Origin: a virus
Lineage: Duplodnaviria > Caudoviricetes
Reading direction: 5' to 3' (one strand)
IMG/VR virus record: IMGVR_UViG_3300027707_000015
Span: 942-64,941 of that record
Length of the DNA stretch: 64,000 bases
Positions 52,946 through 62,776 of this stretch are shown in pieces. A model generated the notes under the pieces. That model worked only from the letters and a program-made list of their open reading frames with translations, did no database searches and was not told where the DNA came from. The first letter of the stretch is position 1; each line of letters begins with the position of its first letter. The translations under genes were made by a program, and so were the position numbers.

Positions 52946-53972
52946 TATATTCTTTGTAAGTGAACACAACTGCAATGTAGAGCTTTGGAATAAATGCAAA
53001 TCTCGATTTCCTAATTCACAGCAGATTCAAAATTGTAATAATATTAATCAGATATCTGAACGGGCATTAACCAAGATGTTTTGGGTGATATGGGATGATC
53101 TATGTGTCAACGAAACCTTTGATTTAAATGGATATCGTGCTACAAAATGGGATGACATGTATGTTCATATATTTCAAAACGGTAATAATTTCGACGGAAT
53201 TTGTTTATTTCCAAAAAAATTAAAAATTTCTCAGAGAGAATTCGACAACAGATTTTTTACAGAAAAAAAAGAAATTAATACAACAGCATCTATACCATTA
53301 CAACAACACTATGATATTATTTTTATTAGTTTCGACGAATCTAATGCAGACGATAATTTTAATAAACTGCTGGAAAAATTTCCTAGAGCAAAACGTATTC
53401 ACGGAGTAGTTGGAATACATCAAGCTCACATCGAAGCAGCTAAAATCGCTACTACCAGCATGTTTTATGTAGTAGATGGCGACGCTGTAATTTTAGATAA
53501 TTTTAATTTTGATTATCTAGTTCCTAGGTATGAAAGGAATCATGTGCATGTGTGGCGTAGTCAAAACCCAGTAAACCATCTAGAATATGGATACGGTGGT
53601 GTTAAATTATTACCAAGAGAAAAGGTGTTAGCAATGAGCATCGACTCAGCTGATATGACAACTAGCATTTCTAATAATCTCAAAGTTATGAATGATATTT
53701 CAAATATTACCGCTTTTAACACAGATCCGTTTAATAGTTGGAAATCCGCGTTTCGAGAATGCGTTAAATTGTCTAGTCGACTTATTGATCGACAAACAGA
53801 AAACGAAACACAAATACGATTAACTCAATGGTGTACAGTCGGCGATGACGTTAACGCAATCGAAGGTGCGATTGCAGGCCGAGAATTTGGTATAAAAAAT
53901 AAAAATAATAAAACAGAATTGAAAAAAATAAATGATTTTAATTGGCTGCGAGAACAGTTTGATGGACGATAA
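52938..53972 (+). CDS. Glycosyltransferase-like protein, paralog of the upstream gene with a duplicated N-terminal module
   Basis: MYDIFFVS module followed by YDIIFISFDE...RIHGVVG...YVVDGDA...YGYGGVKLLP...SWKSAFRECVK. Confidence 0.65.
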   Translation: MYDIFFVSEHNCNVELWNKCKSRFPNSQQIQNCNNINQISERALTKMFWVIWDDLCVNETFDLNGYRATKWDDMYVHIFQNGNNFDGICLFPKKLKISQREFDNRFFTEKKEINTTASIPLQQHYDIIFISFDESNADDNFNKLLEKFPRAKRIHGVVGIHQAHIEAAKIATTSMFYVVDGDAVILDNFNFDYLVPRYERNHVHVWRSQNPVNHLEYGYGGVKLLPREKVLAMSIDSADMTTSISNNLKVMNDISNITAFNTDPFNSWKSAFRECVKLSSRLIDRQTENETQIRLTQWCTVGDDVNAIEGAIAGREFGIKNKNNKTELKKINDFNWLREQFDGR

Positions 53973-55332
53973 GAAAAGAATACAAAAGTTTATTCCAATA
54001 ATGAACGAGATTAGTCCTACGTTCTGTATGGCCAAGTGGCACCACACGACTATCTATTTACAAACAGGAGAAACTCATAGTTGCTATCATCCTGCACCTC
54101 ATAAAATTCCTTTAGATGAAATAACCATAGATCCGAGTGCATTACATAACACCAATCAAAAGAAAATGGAACGTCTTGAAATGCTCAACGGCGGCAAACC
54201 TAGTGGATGTAATTACTGTTGGAACATCGAAGCACTAGGAGATGATGTTGTATCGGATCGTAAAGAACGTAACAGCACAATTTATACTCCGGAACGATTT
54301 CAAAAAATTAAAGACGGTGATTGGGATCAAAATGTTAATCCGCAATATATAGAAATTTCGTTTGGCAACGAGTGTAACTTTAAATGCGGGTATTGTCATC
54401 CTAAACACTCTAGTAGTTACTACAAAGAGATCAAAGATCATGGACCATACACCATGGTATTAAATCATCGCAACGACATAGATTGGTTCAAAGTACATGA
54501 AGAAGAAACAAATCCCTATGTAGAAGCCTGGTGGCGTTGGTGGCCGGAAGTACGCAAGACATTGACTATACTACGTATCACTGGCGGCGAACCGTTATTA
54601 CAAGCTAGCACATGGAAACTGTTAGATGACCTAGCAGTTAATCCCTTGCCCAATCTTGAATTAAACATCAATACTAATTTTGGAGTCAAGCCAATATTAA
54701 TTGATAGACTGGTAGAAAAAGTTAATAATTTAATTACCAACGACTGTATCAAAGATTTTAAAATTTTCACAAGCACGGATACTTGGGGCGCCCCAGCAGA
54801 ATATATTCGCACCGGGTTAGATCTAACAGTATGGGAACGCAATTTAGACACATACTTGACGAAGACTCGACTCCCTATAACATTTATGATAACTTTCAAT
54901 ATTCTCACAGTAACTAACTTTCAAAGTCTATTAGAAAAGATCCTAGAATGGCGTGTTAAGTACAATGGATTTGAACAAAATAAATGGCAACGTGTGCGCT
55001 TTGATACACCTTACTTAAAAGAACCGTTGCAGTATGACATGAATATCTTGCCTAAAGACAAGTTTATGCCGTACATGGTAAGACATCTGGACTTCATTCT
55101 AGCCAATCTAGACGATAAAAACCGTAGTAAATTCAACGACTTAGAGTATGCTAAATTTGAAAGAGTTGTAAAATACATGGAATCAGCTATCTATACCCCA
55201 GAAAAGATAAAAGAAGGTCGCAGAGACTTCTTTAATTGGTTCACGGAATATGATCGAAGACGCGGCACCAATTTCTTAGAAACATTCCCGGAACTGAAAG
55301 ATTTTTACTTTGAGTGTGGCCAAACAGCTTAG
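53962..55332 (+). CDS. Radical SAM protein with auxiliary Cys cluster (twitch/SPASM-like at N-terminus)
   Basis: CNFKCGYC (CxxxCxxC), ITGGEP, N-terminal CMAKW...SCYHP...CNYCW. Confidence 0.9.
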   Translation: MDDKKRIQKFIPIMNEISPTFCMAKWHHTTIYLQTGETHSCYHPAPHKIPLDEITIDPSALHNTNQKKMERLEMLNGGKPSGCNYCWNIEALGDDVVSDRKERNSTIYTPERFQKIKDGDWDQNVNPQYIEISFGNECNFKCGYCHPKHSSSYYKEIKDHGPYTMVLNHRNDIDWFKVHEEETNPYVEAWWRWWPEVRKTLTILRITGGEPLLQASTWKLLDDLAVNPLPNLELNINTNFGVKPILIDRLVEKVNNLITNDCIKDFKIFTSTDTWGAPAEYIRTGLDLTVWERNLDTYLTKTRLPITFMITFNILTVTNFQSLLEKILEWRVKYNGFEQNKWQRVRFDTPYLKEPLQYDMNILPKDKFMPYMVRHLDFILANLDDKNRSKFNDLEYAKFERVVKYMESAIYTPEKIKEGRRDFFNWFTEYDRRRGTNFLETFPELKDFYFECGQTA

Positions 55333-56459
55333 AATTTAATGGCATTTATTAATTTTTCAAATAATGCTATTTGTTGTTTTCGATGAATATTTTCAATAAA
55401 AACATTATAATTATATTTCAGCAATTTTTTATTTCTAAACCGCCATTCTATTTGTTCTTCTCGAGACATTATTTTTAAAAAATTAACTGCCTCGGAAGCA
55501 CTTTCTAATAATTTCTTATATCGTATAATGTCGTCGGGTTCGTTATCAAAGTCTAAATTGAAATAACTTTCGTAACTTTTAAATCCTAATAGACTTAATT
55601 TTTTATTAATTCCTTGATGTCCGTAAATCAGCATAGGCTGAAAGTTAATAATAGGTTTTAAGAATTTTTCTGAAAAGAACAGTGTAGTATTATTAGAATT
55701 GTCCGCCAGTGTCTCATTGACAATACTAAACGCTGTTTTAGCATGTAATTCGGGCAATGCGTTAAATGGATCATTAACGTCAAACTGTTTCTTATCAGCA
55801 ATCAATGGGAGATTGTTTTTAAAATCTTTATATTGAAGATCAGTTATTTTCATTTTTTCAAGAGCATACTTGCTGATCTCGTAATTAACTATATCTTGAC
55901 TAATAATACTGTGATCAACTAATGGTGAATTAAACAGCATACAGTGTGCAAATACTCGATGCGATCGATTTCTTCTAGACAAGCTAAGTATAGCTTTTTC
56001 ATAATTTTTATAGCAATGACCTTTGGCTTTCTTTAATCCCCCGACCGGAGTATCTTTCCAGGCACAACTGCTATCTAATGCAAAAATTGGAATACTATTG
56101 ATTTCAGTTAAATCGTCAATAAGATTTCCTGTAAAGTAAAATACCTTTTTAGGATTTATATTATGAGTAATACAACTCTCATGAAGTGCTTTTGCAATAG
56201 GAGTAACATTCGGACTGAATCCTTCGAATATAGAATCAAATACTAATACAGTTTTATGATTTCTGAGTTTGTCTAACGATTCATTATCGATATATTGGAA
56301 CAGATTAACACCGTCATAAGATGGCACTGGATAATTTAGTAATAATTTGATGTAGGATATTTTATTATCAATGCCATCAAAATAGCCAGTGAGTAATGTT
56401 GTGCCTTTAGGACTCCAGAAATACGGATTGGCAGTTATAGTAGCATTTAATTCTATCAT
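55329..56459 (-). CDS. Glycosyltransferase-like protein (GT10/exostosin-like C-terminal domain), paralog 1
   Basis: LSLSRRNRSHR, FSIVNET, FFSEKFLKPI, LGFKSYESYF..DFD; AT-rich. Confidence 0.5.
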   Translation of the reverse strand: MIELNATITANPYFWSPKGTTLLTGYFDGIDNKISYIKLLLNYPVPSYDGVNLFQYIDNESLDKLRNHKTVLVFDSIFEGFSPNVTPIAKALHESCITHNINPKKVFYFTGNLIDDLTEINSIPIFALDSSCAWKDTPVGGLKKAKGHCYKNYEKAILSLSRRNRSHRVFAHCMLFNSPLVDHSIISQDIVNYEISKYALEKMKITDLQYKDFKNNLPLIADKKQFDVNDPFNALPELHAKTAFSIVNETLADNSNNTTLFFSEKFLKPIINFQPMLIYGHQGINKKLSLLGFKSYESYFNLDFDNEPDDIIRYKKLLESASEAVNFLKIMSREEQIEWRFRNKKLLKYNYNVFIENIHRKQQIALFEKLINAIKF

Positions 56460-56463
56460 GATA

Positions 56464-56480
56464 TATTTATGTACTAAATA
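56464..56480. promoter_or_regulatory. Back-to-back late promoter motifs: CATAAATA (- strand, 56471-56464) and CTAAATA (+ strand, 56474-56480)
   Basis: 4 nt and 6 nt before the divergent ATGs at 56459 and 56487. Confidence 0.55.
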
Positions 56481-56486
56481 TTTGAT

Positions 56487-57305
56487 ATGCAGAATTCAAC
56501 CTCCTCTATCGATTTTAAAAAGTATAAAAGATTTTTTGCATTTGGTTGCAGTTTTACTACCTATTCATGGCCTACCTGGGCAGACATAATAGCAAAGGAA
56601 ATTCCGGATCATTACATATACGCCAAACCAGGAGCCGGCAATTTTTATATTTTTCAAGCATTGATGGAAGCAATTATACATCATAAAATCAATACAGACG
56701 ATCTTGTGATGATCATGTTTTCAAATATAACAAGAGAAGATCGATTTATCAAAAACCAAGGATGGATTACGCCTGGTAATTTATATCATCAAACAGAATA
56801 CAGCCAAGAATTTTTAAAAAAGTATTTGTGCCATCACGGATATTTAATGAGAGATTTAAATTTAGTCCAAGGTTGTAAACTAGCATTAGAAAATATTGGA
56901 TGCGACTACGACTTGATGTCTATGGTTCCGTTTGACAGCGAGCAAAGCAACGATAAAAAAATAGATCATGTTGATTACATTCTTCGATTTTATAAAGATA
57001 TTATAGAATCTGTTAGACCCAGCGTGATGGATGTGGTGTTTAACAATGATTGGGAATCTCGTCCACACCGTCCTGAATATTTTGTTCAATGGCAAAAACA
57101 GAAATACAGAGATAATCATCCTACACCTGCAGAGCATCTGGAATTTCTACAACGTACCTACACCGACATTAAATTTAGTAAGTTCACGCTGGAGTTTGTC
57201 AACACTTGTAATGAAGTTGTTTTATCTGACAATTTTGTAAATAGTTTGCACGATGTTTCACCAGTTATATATCCTAGACTAGGTGAAGGTACTGATTATG
57301 AGTAA
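56487..57305 (+). CDS. SGNH/GDSL-like hydrolase or acyltransferase
   Basis: FFAFGCSFT block I, GAGN block II, C-terminal DNHP. Confidence 0.6.
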   Translation: MQNSTSSIDFKKYKRFFAFGCSFTTYSWPTWADIIAKEIPDHYIYAKPGAGNFYIFQALMEAIIHHKINTDDLVMIMFSNITREDRFIKNQGWITPGNLYHQTEYSQEFLKKYLCHHGYLMRDLNLVQGCKLALENIGCDYDLMSMVPFDSEQSNDKKIDHVDYILRFYKDIIESVRPSVMDVVFNNDWESRPHRPEYFVQWQKQKYRDNHPTPAEHLEFLQRTYTDIKFSKFTLEFVNTCNEVVLSDNFVNSLHDVSPVIYPRLGEGTDYE

Positions 57306-58512
57306 AATACTTCAGATACTTGATATAAGTTCAACGCCGGTTAACACACAGTTGTTTAACATAACGGCTGTGAATCGTAGGCAAGACCCATATTGGGTTG
57401 AATTTGCAGAGCCCCATTTTAATGAACTTGGAATAGAAATAAAAATATTATCGTTAGATAAAATTGATTTATCAAAAAAATGGTTAATTAACGTAGATAT
57501 TAATAGTTGGAATTGGAAAGCACACACTGGTAGTATTATTGCAGATTTTGATCCTTTGATACAACAAGAATTAAAATCAGGAAATGCTTTTTTAATACTA
57601 AACCATCAATGCGAATCGTTCACACAATCATTCTTAAACATAATTTATGAAAAAGTTTTAGATATCTCTTTCAACAAAATTATCTACATGGTTGCCGCAG
57701 CAGATATAGAACAAGAATACATGAATTTTGTAAAAGAAAATAATACTAAAAATAAACTAACAGTTATGTATGTGCATCATGTTTACAAAAGATTTAAACA
57801 TGACATAAACTTAGAATATTTCAAGTATAGTCCGATCAAGAAAACAAAAAAATACCTTTCACTAAATCGTAGAGGTAGAGATCACAGGATCATGCTAACA
57901 AGTTTGCTTTCTTATAAAAACTTATTGGATCAAGGGTTTGTTAGTTTAGGAGTAATGCCCGACGAAAGTACTGTTGCAATGAAAAAATTAACCAGTAATA
58001 ATCAGCGTATTGGATTTTCAAAATTTAAAGACATGCTGCCGTTGCAAATAGACGACGTTGATTTAGCTATCAATCAATTTCAAATGAATTCTTTACCGAT
58101 TAAATTTTATCAACAAAGTTGTTTTAGTCTAGTATCTAGTACAATGGCCCTAAAATCCGACGAAGGTTCTGTAGGGTTCACAGAAAAAGAAATAAAACCA
58201 ATATTAGCAAAACACCCCTTCATCATTTTAAATAGGCCGGGAGTTCTTAAACACATGAAGAGCATGGGGTTTTTAACATTTGAAAGATGGTTTGATGAAA
58301 GTTATGATAATGAATTAAATGACGAATCTCGCATAGAACAAATTGTCAACGAAGTAGAACGACTTTGTGAGTTTTCTTTTGAAGAATGGGATATCATGCT
58401 AGAAGAAATGTCTTTAGTCCTTGAGCACAACTACAATAGACTGGTTAACTATACAACCGAACACTGTTATTTTAACAGTGACTTAAAGAAGTTATTATAC
58501 TATGTCTCGTAA
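57298..58512 (+). CDS. Glycosyltransferase-like protein (GT10/exostosin-like), paralog 2
   Basis: YLSLNRRGRDHR, FSLVSST, FTEKEIKPI, MGFLTFERWFDESYD. Confidence 0.5.
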   Translation: MSKILQILDISSTPVNTQLFNITAVNRRQDPYWVEFAEPHFNELGIEIKILSLDKIDLSKKWLINVDINSWNWKAHTGSIIADFDPLIQQELKSGNAFLILNHQCESFTQSFLNIIYEKVLDISFNKIIYMVAAADIEQEYMNFVKENNTKNKLTVMYVHHVYKRFKHDINLEYFKYSPIKKTKKYLSLNRRGRDHRIMLTSLLSYKNLLDQGFVSLGVMPDESTVAMKKLTSNNQRIGFSKFKDMLPLQIDDVDLAINQFQMNSLPIKFYQQSCFSLVSSTMALKSDEGSVGFTEKEIKPILAKHPFIILNRPGVLKHMKSMGFLTFERWFDESYDNELNDESRIEQIVNEVERLCEFSFEEWDIMLEEMSLVLEHNYNRLVNYTTEHCYFNSDLKKLLYYVS

Positions 58513-60433
58513 ACTTATTAGTTTAGTTCAGCCCAATTTTCAACAAGGCCCAAAAGAATATAATGCACACTACTTGCCTTATAGCGTAGGAGTATTATGG
58601 GCGTATGTTAATCAGTTTGATTCAATCAAAGACAAGTATCAACTAGAAGATTTAATATGGCGGCGGGATAACATCGAGGATACTGTTGCCAAATTATCTC
58701 GTTGCGATATTGTGGGATTTAGTACGTATGTGTGGAACAAGAATTACAACTATACACTAGCACGTAAAGTTAAAGAATTAAATCCAGATTGTATGATATT
58801 CTTTGGTGGGCCAGAAATGCCTATTACTAAAAGTGATATATTTAAAAAGTTACCGTTTATTGATGTGGTTATCAAATCTGAAGGTGAAATAATACTACGA
58901 CAATTATTAGATGCAATATCAAACAACACATCTTGGTTTGATATCAAGGGATTATTAATTAACAAAGATGGCCAAGCAGTGGACACCGGCAATGGTGATC
59001 GCATTAGCAACTTAGAAGATTTACCTAGCCCCTACCTCACAGGAGTGTTTGATAAGATTATGTCAGAAGTCACTGACGTAGAATGGAACGCAACTGTAGA
59101 AACCAATAGAGGGTGTCCGTATGCTTGTACATTTTGCGACTGGGGTAGTTTAACATACAACAAAGTTAAAAAGTTTGGGCTTGAAAAAGTATTTGCAGAG
59201 TTAGAATGGATTGGCCAAAAGAAGTGCGGCTTTGTGACTATCACAGATGCTAACTTTGGTATGTTTGTAGAACGTGACAATGCCATTGCTGATAAGCTAA
59301 TTGAAGTGCAAGAAAAATATGGATGCCCTAACAGCTTTAGTATGAGTTGGGCCAAGGATCAAAAGCCAGAAGTATTTGATATTGTATTCAAACTAATCAA
59401 GAATCCCAAGTTTAACCAAGGATTGACTGTTAGTGTACAGAGCATGGACCTAGATGTATTAGAGAATATCAAACGCAAGAACCTTGCACAACATAAGATT
59501 GAAAATATTTTTGCATTGTGTGATAAAAACAATGTACCGGTGTATACTGAGATTATTCTAGGATTACCAGGTGAAACTGTTTCAACTTGGAAGGAAGGCT
59601 TCTATAAAATATTCCGTGCAGGCAACCACACAGGCACTAATATTCTTCAAGCTCAGATGTTAGAAAATGCCGAGATGAATTTGTTACAAGAAAAACTCTT
59701 TAAGATCACAAGTGTGCCTGTATACGATTACATGAGTGGAAGCTATAACTACAACGAATTAGAAGAATGTGTAAGTGTAGTAACCAGCACCAAAGATATG
59801 TCCATGGAAGAGATGTTAGACAGCCAAATATTCAGTTGGTTCATGCAGACATTTCATATCAACGGGCTTACTACTTACATCAGTAGATTCTTGCACAAGA
59901 AGGCAGGAGTGGATTATTCAGTGTTCTACGATAAACTCTGGCAATACCTTATTGAAGATCCTTGGTTCATAGCAGAACAAGATGCTGTTCGTATGTACTA
60001 TCGAAATTGGATGACGGTTGGAAAGATCAACCATCCCAATATCAGTAACATTGAGATACATGGTTGGAATATCATACACAGAACTACCTTGCACATGCAC
60101 AAGGACAGACGGTATGAATATGTTTTTGATTTGATAGAACGATTTGTAACCAACGAATTTGAATTAGACCGCGACTGTTTGAATCAATTGTTGTTGTTCC
60201 AAAAGAACTACGTGATAAACTATGATGATATTTCAAAGTTTCCGTATACCGTTGAATTCGATTATGACTTTCTTGGATACATTTTAGATGATACCTCATT
60301 AGAAACTGGCGTAAAATACAATTTTGAATTTCATGAAAGCAGCGACATTAGTCTAGACAGATTTTTAGAAAATATCTACTTTGGAAGAAAACGTAATTTT
60401 GGAAAAACATTAATAACAAAGGAACCGGTATGA
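58502..60433 (+). CDS. Cobalamin-binding radical SAM enzyme (class B methyltransferase-like)
   Basis: N-terminal B12-binding region (PYSVGVL, VGFSTYVWN, FFGGPE); ETNRGCPYACTFCDW; DANFG. Confidence 0.9.
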   Translation: MSRKLISLVQPNFQQGPKEYNAHYLPYSVGVLWAYVNQFDSIKDKYQLEDLIWRRDNIEDTVAKLSRCDIVGFSTYVWNKNYNYTLARKVKELNPDCMIFFGGPEMPITKSDIFKKLPFIDVVIKSEGEIILRQLLDAISNNTSWFDIKGLLINKDGQAVDTGNGDRISNLEDLPSPYLTGVFDKIMSEVTDVEWNATVETNRGCPYACTFCDWGSLTYNKVKKFGLEKVFAELEWIGQKKCGFVTITDANFGMFVERDNAIADKLIEVQEKYGCPNSFSMSWAKDQKPEVFDIVFKLIKNPKFNQGLTVSVQSMDLDVLENIKRKNLAQHKIENIFALCDKNNVPVYTEIILGLPGETVSTWKEGFYKIFRAGNHTGTNILQAQMLENAEMNLLQEKLFKITSVPVYDYMSGSYNYNELEECVSVVTSTKDMSMEEMLDSQIFSWFMQTFHINGLTTYISRFLHKKAGVDYSVFYDKLWQYLIEDPWFIAEQDAVRMYYRNWMTVGKINHPNISNIEIHGWNIIHRTTLHMHKDRRYEYVFDLIERFVTNEFELDRDCLNQLLLFQKNYVINYDDISKFPYTVEFDYDFLGYILDDTSLETGVKYNFEFHESSDISLDRFLENIYFGRKRNFGKTLITKEPV

Positions 60434-60475
60434 AGATCGAATTTATCTTAACTACACAAGGAACATTGGTAACGC

Positions 60476-61510
60476 ATGGCTAAAAAACAAAAATCAAAAA
60501 GACCAACGCTAAATTACAATATCTGGAATACAAATATTCCAGTGGTCATTGAGCAGGATATCAAAGAACACAATCCCAGCCGAATTAATATATTTGCAGC
60601 AGAAGAACACGAAATAGCATCGACTTGGTCGGGAGATTTCAATATTCTCAAACAATTATTCATAGATAATGATATAGAAGTTCACTTTATTTACGGTGCT
60701 GCTAATATGGAATTTTATAATACTAGATATCATTTTCCCGAGCATAGAATTTACACACATCTTTGGCCGTTTTATTATTTGTCTTTTACATTATCTTCGA
60801 TGAAACACAATGAGTTTGTAAATCATGCTGATCATAACAACCCAACTTTTACAACGCCTTTTATATCAATGAACAACAGACCGCATACTCATAGATGTAT
60901 GTTTATGGATCAAATGGCAAGATGCAACTTAATAGATACCGGTTCGGTATCGTGGCACAATGACAATGTTCCGTATCAGTGGAAGTGGTGGAAAACTCCG
61001 CAGCGATTAAAGTTAGTTGATGATTTTAGCAACAACGGTAATTCATACCGATTGCCAATAGAATGGAAATCTAGTTTTATGAATCTAGTATCTGAGTGCA
61101 GCATAAATCGAATATACTTTTCAGAAAAAACTTGGATTCCATTATTATGTCACAAAGTTTTCCTTTCTCAATCCGATCAATACTTTTACAAGAAATTTAA
61201 AGAATGTGGATTTGAATTATACGATGAAATTTTTGATTATTCGTTTGATGATTATGCAGATGCTGATATTCGTACATCGATGATTATGGAAAATGTAAAA
61301 AATATAATAGGTAAAGATTATAATGCAATGCACAATTTACTGCTTCCTAAATTAAAACATAATTTTAATCGAGCAATTACTATTGCAACTAACAACGAGT
61401 ATATGCCCAAGATTGCAAAAAATAGTGAATTTGCCATGGAACTATATACTGCCCTTAAAGACATACAAACATCAAAGCGTTTTTTGCTTTCCCTAAAAGC
61501 CAAGCAATAA
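60476..61510 (+). CDS. Glycosyltransferase-like protein (GT10/exostosin-like), paralog 3
   Basis: FISMNNRPHTHR, MNLVSEC, FSEKTWIPL, GFELYDEIFDYSFD. Confidence 0.5.
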   Translation: MAKKQKSKRPTLNYNIWNTNIPVVIEQDIKEHNPSRINIFAAEEHEIASTWSGDFNILKQLFIDNDIEVHFIYGAANMEFYNTRYHFPEHRIYTHLWPFYYLSFTLSSMKHNEFVNHADHNNPTFTTPFISMNNRPHTHRCMFMDQMARCNLIDTGSVSWHNDNVPYQWKWWKTPQRLKLVDDFSNNGNSYRLPIEWKSSFMNLVSECSINRIYFSEKTWIPLLCHKVFLSQSDQYFYKKFKECGFELYDEIFDYSFDDYADADIRTSMIMENVKNIIGKDYNAMHNLLLPKLKHNFNRAITIATNNEYMPKIAKNSEFAMELYTALKDIQTSKRFLLSLKAKQ

Positions 61511-61513
61511 ATA
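61506..61513 (+). promoter_or_regulatory. Late promoter AATAAATA
   Basis: Upstream of an AGGA RBS and the ATG at 61541. Confidence 0.6.
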
Positions 61514-61540
61514 ACACAAGAAAAAGATATAGGAATCAAC

Positions 61541-62776
61541 ATGAAAATTGGATTTATTGGAATAGGCAAATTAGGAATGCCCTGCGCTGAGGCGATTGCA
61601 AATAAGGGGCACGATGTTAGCGGATATGATGTTCGACTTTTGGAACCTACATGGTTAGTTAACATTAAATCTTCTATCAAAGCTGTTGTGCAAGATAGAG
61701 ATATTGTGTTTATCGCAGTCCCAACTCCGCACGATCCGGCATACGATGGTAGAGAACCTACAGCCCACCTTACACCAAAAGATTTTAGTTATGACATTGT
61801 TAAAGAATGTTTAACAGAAGCAAATAAGCATATGAATAAGAAACAATTGTTGGTTCTTATATCTACAGTATTGCCAGGCACTACTCGTCGCGAATTTATT
61901 CCGTTATTAACTAATACTAGATTTGTCTACAATCCATATCTCATAGCAATGGGCAGCGTAGCATGGGATATGGTCAATCCTGAAATGGTTATGATCGGCA
62001 CCGAAGACGGAACCGAAACCGGCGATGCAAAACAATTAGTAGAGTTTTACGATTCTATTATGGAAAATAATCCACGCTATGTTATAGGCACCTGGGATGA
62101 ATGCGAGTGTATCAAAGTTTTCTATAATACGTTCATCAGTACAAAGATTGGTCTAGTTAACATGATACAAGACGTTGCTATGAAACAAGGTAATATAAAT
62201 GTAGATGTAGTAACAGAGGCACTGTCAAACTCGACTATGCGCATCATGGGTCCGCAATATATGACAGCTGGAATGGGCGATGGAGGTGGATGCCATCCTA
62301 GAGATAATATTGCTTTGCGTTATATGGCCCAAGAGTTAGATCTAGGATACGATCTATTTGATGCAGTAATGAATGCTAGAGAAATACAAGCTAGAAATTT
62401 AGCTAAATTTCTTGCAATAGAATCAGAAAAGGCAGGTAACATGCCAGTATACATCCACGGTAAATCATACAAGCCCGGGGTGGAATATTGTGACGGTAGT
62501 TACAGTTTGTTAGTCGGATATTATCTAGAACACAATTTTGGTGTTACTCCCATGTACATAGATCCGTTAACCGGTGATAATGTAACAGTGCCCATCAAAG
62601 GGGTGATATTATTAGCTCACAATAAAAAAGTCACTTACGAATACCGCGGGTTTGAAGAAACTCAAAATTTGTATTGTACAATAGAGAAAGGGTCCATTGT
62701 TGTGGACCCTTGGAGAACTTTTGTTTCAGACCAACACAAAGTTATTCATTACGGAAATACTAGAAAATATTTTTAG
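61541..62776 (+). CDS. ugd: UDP-glucose/GDP-mannose dehydrogenase family protein
   Basis: GFIGIGKLG Rossmann motif, FIAVPTP, ISTVLPG, YNP, IKVFYNTFISTKI, catalytic GGGCHPRD. Confidence 0.9.
   Translation: MKIGFIGIGKLGMPCAEAIANKGHDVSGYDVRLLEPTWLVNIKSSIKAVVQDRDIVFIAVPTPHDPAYDGREPTAHLTPKDFSYDIVKECLTEANKHMNKKQLLVLISTVLPGTTRREFIPLLTNTRFVYNPYLIAMGSVAWDMVNPEMVMIGTEDGTETGDAKQLVEFYDSIMENNPRYVIGTWDECECIKVFYNTFISTKIGLVNMIQDVAMKQGNINVDVVTEALSNSTMRIMGPQYMTAGMGDGGGCHPRDNIALRYMAQELDLGYDLFDAVMNAREIQARNLAKFLAIESEKAGNMPVYIHGKSYKPGVEYCDGSYSLLVGYYLEHNFGVTPMYIDPLTGDNVTVPIKGVILLAHNKKVTYEYRGFEETQNLYCTIEKGSIVVDPWRTFVSDQHKVIHYGNTRKYF

Noticed and set aside
60430-60483. 17-codon mini-ORF MKIEFILTTQGTLVTHG bridging the B12 radical SAM stop and the next start
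   Set aside because: Could be a coupling peptide or an eroded N-terminus, but it is too short to support and has no slippery site or structure.
49407-62776. Sugar island as a DNA hypermodification cluster
   Set aside because: Not excluded but disfavoured: late promoters, and no hydroxymethylase, kinase or base-modifying genes in the window.
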